Origin: Mobula hypostoma
Taxonomy: Eukaryota
Reading direction: 5' to 3'
Assembly: GCF_963921235.1 (NCBI RefSeq)
Contig: NC_086123.1
Location: forward strand, 4,588,001-4,652,000
Length of the DNA stretch: 64,000 bases
This document shows positions 1 to 12,508 of this stretch, one piece after another. Position numbers and translations under genes: made by a program. The notes under the pieces are model-generated. The model was not told where the DNA came from, ran no database searches, and saw nothing but the letters and a program-made list of their open reading frames with translations. Numbering within the stretch: the first letter of the stretch is position 1; each line of letters begins with the position of its first letter.

Positions 1-337
1 TTAAAGTTTTCCAATATTAGATTCCATCTGCCATGTCCTCACTAATTCACTTGACCCGTCTACAATCCTCATCTGCATCTTCTTCAAAACCCAAACTGCC
101 AGCCATATTATCAGGAAAAGAAAATTCATTACACTTGATCTTCCCATCCAAATCATTACGCTAGATTGGGAAAAACTCAAACATTACAGGTCATTATGCC
201 ACCCCACTAGGCCTATCTTTTTCATTGTTTTATCTCTCAACCAATCCTCATTCCATGTCAGATAATTACCCCCGATCCCACATGCTCCAAATTTTGATGA
301 CTTTGTGGGACACCTCAATTATTGGTGGCAGGGAAAT

Positions 338-1325
338 CAAGTTCAAAGTAAAATTTATTAGCAGAGTACATATATGTCACCACATACAACTCTCGCGATT
401 CTTTTTTCCTGTGGGAATACTCAGCAAATCTATAGAATAGTAACTATAAACAAAATCAATGGAAGAGTAAGGGCACGGAAAACAACAATGTGCAAATGCA
501 AATACAAATAAGTAGCAACAGAGCATGAAAGAAGATTAAGAAGTCCTTACAGTGAGATCGAGATCATCGGTTGTGGGAACATCTCAATGGATTGAGTGTA
601 GTTATCCCCTTTTGTTCTAGAGCTGGATGGTTGAGAAATAGTAAACCGTTCCTGAACCTGGTGGTGCGAGACCTGAGCCACTTGCACCTTCTACCTGATG
701 GCAGCAGCGAGGAAAGAGCACGGCCTGGGTGGTGAGGATCTTTGATGATGGATGCTGCTTCCCTACAACAGCGTTTCATCTAGATGTGCTCAATGTTTGG
801 GAGGACTTTACTTGTGATATACTGGGCCGAATCCAGTACCTTTAGTAGAATGTTCTGCTCAAAAGGCGTTGGTGTTCCCATACTGGCTGTAATGTCGCCA
901 GTCAATACACTTTTCACCACACATCTATAGAAGTTTGTCAAAGTTTTTGTCGTCATGCCAAATCGCCACAAACTCTGAAGGAAGTAGAGGTGCTGTCGTG
1001 CTTTCTTTGCAATTACATTTATATGATGGGTCAGGACAGGTCCTCTGAGATGGTGACATTCAGGAATTTAAAGTTACTGACCCTCTCCACATCTGTTGAG
1101 GACTGGCTCATAGACCACTGGTTTCTCTCTCCCAAAGTCTACAATCAGTTTTCTGGTCTTGCTGACGTTCAGTGGGAGGTTGTTGTTATGACACCACTCA
1201 GCCAAATTTTCAATCTCCCTCCTGTATGCGGATTCATCAGCATCTTTGATACAGCCCACAGTGGAGTCGTCAGCAAACTTCAGTAAGGTGTTGGAGCTGT
1301 ACTTAGCCACACAGTCATAGGTGTA
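338..1325 (-). mobile_element. Rex1/Babar-type LINE 3' fragment (RT C-terminus plus 3' UTR), decayed
   Basis: Minus-strand ORF pieces read NTLLKFADDSTVG, LNVSKTRKLIVDF, LTNFYRCVVKSVLTG and IIKDPHHPG...LLPSGRR. These are typical of the Rex/Babar RT and its downstream domain. Frameshifts are present. Confidence 0.85.
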
Positions 1326-1859
1326 AGAAGCGACTTGAAGAATATTCTGTCATTCAGCAATGATGAGGCCCAGCACGAGTGATACAGACAAAGCTAAAAA
1401 CATTCAATGCCACGTTCATTCAGAAGTGCCAAATAGATGGCTTTCTCATCATCACAAAGCCAAACTCCCACCAACATGATTAAATCCACAAATTAACTAG
1501 AAATGGCAGGGTGACTGGTTGTGGCAAAGACTAAGGAACCAGGCAACATCCCACAGCTGCAATTCCAAAGATTTGCATTCCAGTACCAGTTACACTTCTA
1601 GGCAATTAGTTTCACTACAGTTACAATACTGGGTTCTACACCACAATATGAAAAATTGCCCAAGTATGTTGCTCACAAGATGCAGGCAAAATCCATTTGG
1701 CTAAACTAGCAATCCGATTCACCCCCCAATCAGCAGAATTGAAGTGTTGTACCTCTAACGCTATTCTCCTGTAACGCTACTGCAAATAAATTTTTCATTG
1801 CAGCCATATATACACATACTTGTGCAAATATAAAAACCTCAATGAGTGATTGGTATCAA

Positions 1860-2170
1860 GAGGCACTTTATCACCAATATTCTGCTCCCCAATGCTCAGT
1901 TCAGATTATTATATGGCCACAAAGACATCATCACACCCTTGCTCCAAGCATGGATGCCAGACCTGAATTCCACAGTGATTATTCTTGACATCAAGGCAGC
2001 ATTTGATCAAATGTGACGTCAAGGTATCCAAGTAAAACGGAGCAATAAGCAAAGGGAGAGTATGCCATACCTCACAAAAAGGATGATGGTGATTGGACGT
2101 CAGTCATCCTGACTACCACCTTAACACCAGTGTCCGAGGCCCAACAGCTGAGCCTAGAAAACAATGCCAT
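1860..2170 (+). mobile_element. Highly decayed LINE RT fragment (CR1/L2 group)
   Basis: cttgacatcaaggcagcatttgatcaaatgtga near 1985 translates as LDIKAAFDQM*, resembling the RT motif LDxxxAFDxVWH. Confidence 0.5.
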
Positions 2171-3959
2171 CCTTTTATCAAAAGATTAAGAGTGGCAATT
2201 TAGCTGATGATTATTCAATATCCAATTCCTTTCATAACTACACAGCAAATGAAGTCCTGTACTGATGCTTGTACCTATTAAAAACATATCTCTACCAAAC
2301 AAATATTTGAGCCACAAATTCAATTCTTGAATCATCTTAGCCCCATCCAATTTGCATGTACATAGAGCAGTACAGCACAACACAGGCTCGTTGCCCCATG
2401 ATGTGCCAATCTTTTAACCTACTCCCAAGATCGATCCAAACCTCCCCTCCAACCAAGCCCTCCATTTTTCTTTCATTGAGTGGCAGATGTAGTAATCTAG
2501 GCTTATACTAGGCATACGAACCTCAATAATCCACTGTAAGATTTCAGAATTATTCATATGCTCTTGGAGAAACAAACAGAAGGTGGAACATGTGGATCAA
2601 AGTATTATGTTGAATGAGGGGAGTAAGCAAACCAGTTCAAAGGTCCACCATTTACTAAAGAGGAAAGGAAGTGGAGCCCAATACACAGTTAACTCAGAAT
2701 AAAGTATGCAAGTCCCACCTCAGATACCCAATAACTCAACCTTCACTACAAATATTATTTTGGAAAATTGAAGATTTAAAGCCTACTTTTCATCAAAATG
2801 TTTCTGCAAATGTACAGATTTTCCTAGTGCATATTACATTGAAAATTATTAATTAAATGGCAAATAAGTAATCTTAAGTTTCCAAACATCAATTTTATCC
2901 CTTTCCCTGAAGTAGGCAGCTCTCCATTAAATAGTTATTTCTCAACAAATATTTAGATACGATCATAATCATTTGGGGAAAAAAAATTTAACATTGAATC
3001 CCTGCAATGGAATTGGGACTTACAAAGATAGTAGAATGCTTAGGATCCAGGCAGGTGAGCGTCTAAAATAGGAGATGTCAGTGTCAGAATCTGAAAACAA
3101 AACTGACAATTTTAAGAATAAGGGTACTGCCAAATTAGGTGTCAAATAAAACAAGTACAGGAATGATGAGTGAACAGTCCTTGGTGCATAAATAGTCAAC
3201 TTTAGGTGTAACAAAATTTTGAATGGTGGGGTGATACAAGGATGCAACTAGGCAATGATATAGGTGAAAGGAGATGGTTTCTTGTTTAAATTACCCAAGA
3301 CCAATGCACCCTCAGATACTAGGCTTCAGACAAACCTATCTAAACCTCCAGTGAAAGGATCATCTTCCTAAAATCCAGATTTAAAGACAGAACTTCAAAC
3401 AGCTCCCTGCAATACATGGATTTATGATACTTTATTACTTAAATACCGAGCATGTGTTTAAATAACAGATTCACTCACTTCAAATATAGAATTGAAATCA
3501 ATTTAAAATGAAGCTAATCTTGATCTTGCTCTAACATGTGTTGCCTGATCTTAGACAACACACAAGCAGGAACAATCCCCCTTCCTAGCAAATATCCGAT
3601 AAACACACCCCCACTGAAGTAAATAGTAGTTGGGAGTGGAGTGTTTTAGAAGCAAATGGCAGTAACTCTGCAACTTAATGAAATGGAGCAAGAAACTTCG
3701 GATTTAAAATGTTTAAATATCAGGTCCCTTTCAGCAGTTACTGCTCCAAGCTTCAGTTTTTATTCCTTTACAACCCAGCCGCTATTTGGTAGCACTTTTA
3801 CAAATTCTGGCAAGTTGGTGTGTGCATTAAGTTTACCAATCACTGACTGAGGTTAGAGACATCCTGCCCCAACCTAAACATATTTTTCCTTGGTTCAAAA
3901 TGCTTTTTAAACTTGACTGAGTGTTTCTTTGGGAGGACTTGACTGGTTCTATGCTGTTT

Positions 3960-4760
3960 GACCATTTAACAAGGTGCTTCATGGTACCTGATTCAGAAGA
4001 TGGAATGCATGGGATTCATAGTACCTTGATGGTTTGGAATTGGAATTGGCTAGCACATGGAAGAATGAGGGTAGTAGAGGAAGGGCGCTCTGGCTGGAGG
4101 TCCATGACCAGTGGTATCCAGCAGGGACCAGCGCTGGAGCATCTGCTGTTTCAGATATATTTGAAGGACTTGGGTGAAAATGTAGTGGACGGGTTAGCAC
4201 TTTACAGAGGACACAAAAACTGGAGGAGCTGTGGAGAGTGACAAGGCTATCAAAGGACAGCAGGATATATATCATTTAGATATGGGGAGATTGAGTTAAT
4301 CCAGCTACGCGTTACTTTGGGAGGTCAAATTTAAGAAGAAACTACACAGTTGATGGCAAGACTCTTAATAGCATTTATGGACCCCAAGATTCCTCTGCAC
4401 AACTCCATAGTTGCCCGAAAATGCCATGCAAGTAGACTGGTAGTAAAGGAGGTATATGGTCAGGGCACTGAGAATGTGGTTAAGGAAAAGGAAGTCATTT
4501 TGCAGTTTAAAAAAATGGTATGGTCACACTTGAAGTACAGTGTGAAATTCTGGTCACCTCAGTAAAGGAGAAGATGGAGGCTTGGGAAAGGATCCAGGTT
4601 TATCAGGAAGATGGAGGCTTGGGAAAGAATCCAGGTTTATCAGGATGTTGCCTGGATTAGAGGGTATGGGCTGTAAGAAGAGGTTTGACAAACTCAGGTT
4701 GTTTCTCCACAGAGTCAGGAGAGACCTGGAAGTTCAAAAAGTTATGAAAAAGTATAGATA
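3960..4760 (+). mobile_element. Decayed CR1 LINE fragment
   Basis: ORF pieces NWLAHGRMRVVEEG..SGWRSMTSGIQQG, HLKYSVKFWSP and RFIRMLPGLEG are CR1 RT/C-terminal motifs. There is an internal ~37-bp tandem duplication near 4571-4645. Confidence 0.8.
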
Positions 4761-6395
4761 TTATTACTCCTTTCATTTCGTATTTGCATAGTCTGTTGTC
4801 TTTTGCACAATGGTTGAATGTCCAAGTTGGTGCAGTCTTTCATTGATTCTGTTATTGTTATTATTCTATGGATTTATTGAGTATCCCCGCAAGAAAAATA
4901 AATCTCAGGGTTGTATATGGTGACACGTGCTTTGATAGTAGATTTACTTTGAACACGTATTTCAAATATTATGCAAGAGAACTCAAGTAATGGGGAGCAA
5001 ACTGAACAGAAATGCAAATTTGGACAATTTGAAAAATGGATTCAACACTGAACTTCTTTTGTGCTGCAAACTTTTAAGACAGCTGTTCTAACTCTGCTTT
5101 AGATTTGATGAAACCTGAAAACACAGCCAGTTGAAAAGGCAGGGAATTACACCATCTCTGAACAACCCAAAACCAACAACCTTACCTGAGTTAGAAGCTC
5201 CACTGCAGAAGTTTATATCATGTACAAAGATAATAATCTATAACAGTTCTTGGGAAATTTTATATCCTTAAATTTATAACAAACAGGTGTAATTTACACA
5301 TTCAAACATTCAGATGAATCAAGGACATTTGAAGAGTAAGGCAGAACTTCAATGCCATAGCTAATCACCTCCCTAGAAAAATAACTAGCAAGTCTCATGA
5401 TTACTACTTCTGTGATTACATAAGATCATATAATATCTACTGCACTATATAACCAACTACATGTGAAGCATCTTACAAGTTTGGGAGATACCAGAAATGC
5501 CACTTTTTAGTGGCAAGGTTTTAGTTACAATTTGGTCACAAGGGCAGTTCACATTTCACTTTGCAGGTTTTAGCATCCAGGAGAACAGAACTGAGGTCTG
5601 CATTAAGCTAAGACAAAGTTCCCCAAACGGTCAACAAGAATATTCATTGCACAGCACACATCTGAATCAGTGCTATCTCAAAAGTTAAGAAATCAATTTC
5701 AATGAGCACTACAATGACCAAAGCCACCTGGGCAGGACCCACCAGGCTTATTTTTAACTTGGTGTTTGCCTACACCATCCGTTCAGATTTTTTGACAGTA
5801 ATCAAGATTGTCCCTGCAGGGAAGACCATAAGGATCACAAACTAGTTTGGAAGGTTGCTGAAGGCTTTTAAGACTTCAGGAATGATTCTGAAACTAAAGA
5901 GCTTTCTTCACTGCACACTCTAGGAGCAAATCACTGTCTATTCCAATGGGAATAAACCCCAGGCTCACTCTAATTTCAAAACTCAATTCAAGTGAAAACT
6001 GGATAGGTTTTGCATCACTTAGATATTCTGAAGTTGTTACGCTAATAAAAAATAAATCAGCACAAGTCTTTAGTTTAAAACACAAAACATAAATGTTAAT
6101 ATCTGTGTTAGCATTTTTCAACTGACATGTTTAGAGCTTGAATTAAGAACGTGGAATGAATAAATGAAATGGGAAAATTTTAAATCTTGAGATGCAATTA
6201 GATAGAACGAATCTGATTCAATTGAGATCTTTGGAAGAGAGGGATAAAAAGCTGGATGAGGCATGATTGTCTGAAATTAAAGGTGGGGGAAATCAGATAA
6301 AAAGATTTAACCAAATTTGAGATGCATACACAGGGAACATAAACAAGTTCGATCAGGGACTGAGAATTTAGGATGTTCCGATCTGCTTGTATAGT

Positions 6396-6580
6396 CAGCA
6401 GGCCAGGCAGCATCTATGGAAAAGAGTACAGTCCATGTTTAGAGCAGAGATCTGTCCTGATGAACGGTCTGGGTCCTAAACGTGGACTGTACTTTTTTCC
6501 ATAGATGCTGCCTATCCAGCTGAATTCCTCCAGCACTGAGGTGTATTGGTTGGATTTCCAGCATCTGCAGGTTTTCCTCT
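6396..6580. mobile_element. Palindromic Penelope-like element terminal remnant with degenerate hammerhead motif
   Basis: caggcagcatctatggaaaagagtacagtcca is mirrored by tggactgtacttttttccatagatgctgcct. The central ctgatga...taaacgtggactg is at 6452-6489. Same family as the GIY-YIG-bearing copy at 15290-15650. Confidence 0.75.
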
Positions 6581-6929
6581 GTTTGTTTGGATAGTGATGG
6601 CATTGAGAAGGGAAAGTGGAAATGACACAGGCTTTGGTTCTGGGCTAGGGGTATAACTGAGACCCTGGGAAGGATGGAGACAATAGCCCAGTTTCGGGAG
6701 CGGGGAAAGACAAGGCACAAGAAGGGTTCTCAAACGGTGGAGGGTGAGACTGAGAGCAGCAGCCCTGTTCAGGGAGGGATGGAGGAAGAGAGAGGCAGTA
6801 AGGGGGTGGGGGCACCAACCGGATTCGGGACGAGGCTGTGGGGGACACCAGCCTGGTCAGGGGCCAGAAGCCCACGACTGAATGTCGAAACAGTGGCTTT
6901 AGGGTCTTTCTCTGATCCGATGTCGGAGG

Positions 6930-7550
6930 CCTGCGTGTACCTGTGGTCCTCGAACTCCACAAAGGCGAAAGGCGCGGAGCCGCGCTTGTTCTTCAGGTCG
7001 ATGTCCCGGATTTTCCCGTATTTATAGAAGATGTCCTCGATGTCCCGGATCCGCACGTCGGTCGGAAGGTTCCCAACGTAGATACGGTTCTCGCCGCCGG
7101 ATGGGCCTCCCCATCGGTAGCCGCCCGACATTTTCCCCTCAGAATAAGATCCCTGCAATGAAACAAGGTAAACTGAGCGACGGCTGAACACCCTCCCCCC
7201 GTCCAGCCACGCCGGTCTGGGCCAGGCCGCTCCGACTTGCCGGTCTCGCCAAACTTCGGCCCTCCCACGCCCTGGCTCGGGCCTCAGCAGCCCGCCGACG
7301 GAGACTAACCCGAAGCTCGATGATCACTACGCTCCCGGGCTCTCCACGCTCCTGGTTCCGAGCAGGCCGCAGCTCAAACCGATTTCCACCTCGGCAGCCT
7401 TGCTTCCCGCCGCCCGCTTCTCGTTTGGCGGCCGGCCGCACGGGGGCGGTGTGGCCTCGGCAGCGGGTTAACCCGCGCCGCGCCGGCCGGCCGCTCCAGC
7501 TCAGCGCTTGTCCTCAGGCGCGGTTCCCTCCATCTTCTCGTTCAGGATGA
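6930..7550 (-). promoter_or_regulatory. CpG island / promoter and 5' end of SRSF9
   Basis: Strongly GC- and CpG-rich stretch (e.g. cccgcgccgcgccggccggccg at ~7472) in an otherwise AT-rich background, spanning the first coding exon. Confidence 0.8.
6941..7131 (-). CDS. SRSF9: Serine/arginine-rich splicing factor 9, first coding exon (RRM1 N-terminal part); rest of gene outside the window
   Basis: [64 protein letters not shown] contains RNP2 (IYVGNL) and RNP1 (PFAFVEF) of the SRSF1/9 family. ATG at 7131-7129 and donor AG|GTACAC at 6940. SRSF9 rather than SRSF1 is assigned from the PTDVR motif and linkage to DYNLL+COQ5. Confidence 0.9.
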
Positions 7551-7599
7551 ATTACTTGCCTTCGCAGCTCTCAGCTGGCTGATGGGGACACTGTTGGAA

Positions 7600-10460
7600 T
7601 AAGTAGGGTGGGTAGATAGTCCGAGAGATGGAGTGTCCTCCCCCCATCATCTGACGCTTCCATTAGTTCCCACACTCTCATTGCCATCCCAAATGCTTCT
7701 TCTCCACTTTAGTACCAGCTCAAGGATCCCGTAAATCGGTGGAATGTTGCATCTTTTCCTAGAGACATTGGAAATTTTTCTGAAGCATTTCCATGGTCCA
7801 CCTGGTAACCTCTTGTGACATCGCTTGGAGTGTCTCTTTCAAGATCCTGGCTATGTGGCCCACAGAAAAGTTGCAAGCTTAATGACAGGTTAGGTGCTGG
7901 GAATGTTGGACTGAGAGGGGACGCGACATTGCTTCTTTTTCTGCCTATCGATTAGAGGATTCTGGCACACTGAAGACAATGCTGAATATTTTCATTGAGA
8001 GATGCCCTCTAAAATTTGTTCCCTTTATCTCATGTATCACTGCGTACCATTCTACATCATTGTCCACCCTACATCTACTACACAATGACATGCAAGCTAT
8101 AATAGTAACTAACAGGTCACAACAAACTCAATCTCAATGCAACTAATGGGAAGCATCATTGCCCAAAAACCATTACCTAATTACTTCACTGTAATGCATT
8201 TGATCTGATTATGTTGTGTAGATGAATGTGCAGAAGCTGGGGTGCAGGTGAGTTCTGGGTGACAGGAAAAATTATGCACAATTCCACCCATCAGTTCACT
8301 CAGTAATATCATCGTACCAATGCAGACTGAATCAATCAACTTTTCCAGATTTACAATGCGTCTACAGTATTGATATTACTAGCTAGCAGTGCCATATCAG
8401 GAATGACTGAATATTGTTATACAAGGAATGATGGTACCAGACTGAAACTAGGTCTTGCTACTTATATGGGTAGCAATTGACAATTGCAATGTAACACCCA
8501 TACTCACTGGTATTTTACAATCAGGGACTATTCACACTGCCATTTACTTACACCATGGTGAGTGAAAAATGAAACTTGACTTGTTTTCTATCTAGTCAAT
8601 AACATGATCACTCATTGTGTAAGCTATCATACTGGTGCAGCAGCACTGACTTAATTTCCTCAGTATGTTTGTCCCATCGGAAGAATAATGATTCTAACAT
8701 CACTATCACAGTCACACAATCACATTAGACTTGCTGATACATATTATGGGGATAACACTACCAAAAATTGCTCCACCTCATTCTTTATTTCAAATGGATC
8801 ACATCTCCTCAACATTTAATTTTGAGCCAAGATTTCCTAACATAATAACTTGTAACAGCACAGCTAGGAATGTGCCAGCCAGCTTATCTTATTAACATGT
8901 GTAAAATCTAATACTAAATTGTGAGGTGAGTATGTGGGATTAAATGGTTACAAGTGAAGGGAATGTGAGCTCCAATGTATGATGATCTGACACAGAACCA
9001 GGGAATATGTAGAGACATTGCTGCTAAAATCTGGAACTGAAAAACAGGAATGGGTGTGGACTGAGCACATTTAGGGGCATCTGATATAAATCTGGGATGT
9101 TAATGCACAACACAGGCTTCTGTGTGCACAAGTTTCCAATATGCTGTTTAGCTAACAAGGAAATCTGAAAAGATGTCTATTGTTATCTAGAAGTTTGATA
9201 TGAGAACCATTACTCAGATACCTGATAGTTAACCAGATTTAATCACAGAAATGGAAATTGGCTTTATTGGGTTGAGATTTGTGCATGCTGTGGTTTGGAG
9301 GATGGTGGCACTGCTTCATACATTTTATGGTCAATATCAGAACATGAACAGTATTAGAACCTTCTCTTCGGTTATGAAGTGCTCAGGTCAGGGAAAGCTC
9401 TTTTTGTGATATCAGGATGACATTAACAGCTAAGAATGTGATAACTAAATCAAAGCTGCAACTCATTTATCAACAGTAGGTCCTTATGAACTTTCAATTG
9501 CTGGGAAGTACTAATTACCATTCCTTTTGACTTGAAGAGTGTTTAAGATAATATCTTTGCCAATGGGAAATATTAACCAGATCAATCAGATAGGGAAGAT
9601 TTAATATCCTGTCTTTTCCAAACCAGTTCATTTGTAGAAGATAAGTAGACAGGCATGTAACAAGATCAAACAAGAAATTTCTGTTACACATACAAGAAAT
9701 TTCTAACTTTTTTCATAGACAGGAAGTTTTTGTGTACGGATAACTCGGTGGTGGTATCTTAATGGGGGAGAGTGATCGGAGTTAGGCAAAGAGCAGAAAT
9801 CTTTAGTTCATGCTAATGGACAGGTTCTGTTTTTATAGAAGTTGATCATTAATTTTGTCCATAGGTTGGAAAGTACACAAAATCATTCGATATGGGAACA
9901 TAACCTCCACATTATCGTAACAAAAGGCATCAAAAGCATGTTAGACTGATAAGAAAAATAATTACTAGAAGTGGATAGTTGAGGCAACAAGCTCTGCGAT
10001 TCATAGGAAAAAACAGGTATTCACATTGGATTTTGAATTTAATAACATTGTGGGAGCTCACCATTTGTGTAGCTGTCCATAAATGGGGCGTTTGTAACTA
10101 GGGCACAGTCTATATTAGCAAACTCCACAGTTTTATTTTCCTGCAGATGTTCAATGTCAAAGTGTTACACCTACAAGAGTTTTTATATGTATGAAGAGCT
10201 TTCTCCTGAAAAGCCGATGTCTTAGCCTTCTAGATTTGAGTAAGTAGGCTGAATGTCGTGTTTTTGAGATGGACGTCAATCAGGCAAAAAGATAATATAT
10301 ATACTTAAGTCAAGGAAATAATAAAACGTAATGGTTTCTCAACATATTGGACACCAAATTGATGACATAGTGTGAGAAGCACAACCTTTTCTGATTCACT
10401 TGAGTACAATAATCACTAGATCACTGAACTGACTGGAATATTCATGCTTAGGAGGGACTT
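7600..10460 (+). mobile_element. Putative fossil endogenous retrovirus env-like region, heavily decayed
   Basis: No ORF of 60 aa or more. Colinear + strand peptide remnants: RDIAAKIWN*KTGMGV (9011), QFICRR (9624), RNFCYTY (9673), GSFCVRIT (9722), RFCF (9822), hydrophobic YSHWILNLITLWELTICVAV (10018), then purine tract aggagggac (10450) before TG. The 5' boundary is a guess. Confidence 0.45.
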
Positions 10461-11019
10461 GTGTACAGACAAGTGTTCTGCAAAACTTATGAGATTATAT
10501 TCTGCGACAGATGAATTTATCTCCTGAAAGCCAAGTGCAGGGCAACATGGACTGATAGGTTTTATCTGCAGTTCCATGTTCAGCCATGTATTCTTGGATT
10601 GTCAATGTTAAAATGTAATGACATTAAAATAACATGATGTCAAAATTACATAAAGTCAAAGACCAGACCAGCTTAAGCTATCTAATATGGACACGAAATC
10701 TGACAGTGATTATTCGTTTTAGTTTCAGTAAAGTTAATTAAACAGTAGTAATTTGGGTTAAACAGTTTGGATGTACAAAATCTAAGCATTCAAACTGGGC
10801 TACAATTTGGTAAGTGGGTTCAGAGAATCATTGAATTTTAAACACAGAAGGAAGCTATTGAGTGAGCACATTGCACCCATACCTATAAAAAAGGCCTGTT
10901 TAGAATTCTTCTCACATCCCTGTCTGAGGTCCAATAAACTATGACAGATTAACTTAAATGGGGTGAGGATTTCTACTTATATGTCTGTTTAGGCAGTGGG
11001 TTCCAGAACCACAACACTG

Positions 11020-11945
11020 CTGCTTAGGAAGAGGCATTTGTCCCACAATGTTGTACCAAACTAACCAAACTAGTAATTAAACAGCTAATTAAATTATTCT
11101 TTTATACACAATGTCTCCACCCCTCCATTCTTGTGCCTCCCTAAGAGACTTTTAAAAGCTCTATCATATTTGCCTCTACTACCACCCCAGGCTGTACATT
11201 TCAGGAACCCACCACTCTCTGTATATAAAAAAATGCCCCACATACCTCCTTTGAACTTACCTCCTTTCATTTTGAATGCGTGCCCTTATAGTATTTGATA
11301 TTTTGACCCTGGTGAAAAGTTACTGGTTGTCTACCCTATCTGTGCCTCTCAGAATTTTGTAAACTTTTATCATGTCTCCCCTTAGTCCCTGCCTCTCCAG
11401 AGAACACAATCCAAGTTCGTCCAACCTGCCTTTATAGAATATACCCTTAATAGAGGCAGCATACTGCTTAACCTCTTCTGCACCATTTCCAAAGCCTCCA
11501 TATCCTTCCTGTAATGGAGGTTCTAGCTGCCGTTTTTCACGTGGCCAAGCTGTTAGTTTTTGTCTGAGGGAAGGAATTCGGACTTTGGGGCTTGCAAGTT
11601 TTTGTTTCATTTTTGTGTTTGGAGTGACGTCTTTCAAAGACTTCTGCTGTTTTCTTTGTTTCGTGGCTATCTGGAGAAGACAAATCTCAGATAAATACTG
11701 CATACATACTTAGATAATAAAATTAACCTTTGAACCTTTTAGAAATGAATGGAGTACTCCAGATGCAACCTCACCAGAATTTATAAAGCATCAACATAAC
11801 CTCCTGACCTTTGAACTCATTGCCTTGTCTAATGATGGCAAACATGTCGTACCCCTTTTTCACCACTCTATATACCTGCACAGCCATTTTCAGGGAGCTA
11901 TGGACTTGGACCTCGAGATCCCTGTGTACGTCAACACTTATTGGG
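11020..11945 (-). mobile_element. CR1 LINE 3' fragment, interrupted by a short + strand retroposon tail (~11545-11740)
   Basis: YKGRLDELGLCSLERQGLRGDMIKVYKILRGTDRVD is the CR1 C-terminus. The insert ends in aataaaattaacctttgaaccttt. Confidence 0.75.
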
Positions 11946-12246
11946 GAATTTTCATTTACCCTCAGCTCTCCTTTAATTCATTTTTCAATTTTCTTAAATC
12001 TTTGCCTTCTACTTAATGATCTTTATGTTATGGAAAGAATGATAATATTAAGTTACTCTGAGCCCTGTGGAACTCAGTAGTAAATACCCTTACACTTATT
12101 TATTGCTTCCTACACTGAGCTGGTTTTGGCAGCAGTTTGCCCATTTCCCTCCCTATTCTTGGATTTTCACTTTTTGATTAGACCACGAATTGTAACTTTG
12201 CCAAGCACTTCACTAAAATCCGTTTAAGTTGCACCAGATACACTGA

Positions 12247-12508
12247 CCTACAGTAACTCTGCCATGGACAGTCCCAAGTCTGACTGCAAAAGGAAGAGGG
12301 TTGAGCATGGGGCTATCAGTCTGAAATGCAGAACTACAGAAGCTCCAAAGACCTCATCCTTGCAGAGAAGGATATTCGCGTAGAAGGCATATGAAGTCGT
12401 CTGGGAAAGCAGAAGACACAGGGCTGATCGACCTTCAGCCCAGGACTGAAGACTGACGAGCTGCTGTCTGTGGCCTATGCCCTAGTAGAGGTGATGGTCC
12501 TAAGAAGA
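12247..12508 (+). mobile_element. Short RTE-like non-autonomous retroposon with 11-bp TSD
   Basis: Flanked by agatacactga at 12236-12246 and 12509-12519. Ends ...tgtggcctatgcc...gatggtcctaagaaga, an RTE-type 3' end. Confidence 0.65.

Noticed and set aside
5158-5185. Tiny GT-AG intron/microexon pattern in the SRSF9 intron
   Set aside because: 28 nt is too short for a spliceosomal intron, and the following sequence does not encode SRSF9 exon 2.
1-6940. SRSF9 downstream exons and GATC
   Set aside because: I found no DAEDA/RVEFP or RRM2 coding sequence or GATC-like exon; they presumably lie beyond the left edge.
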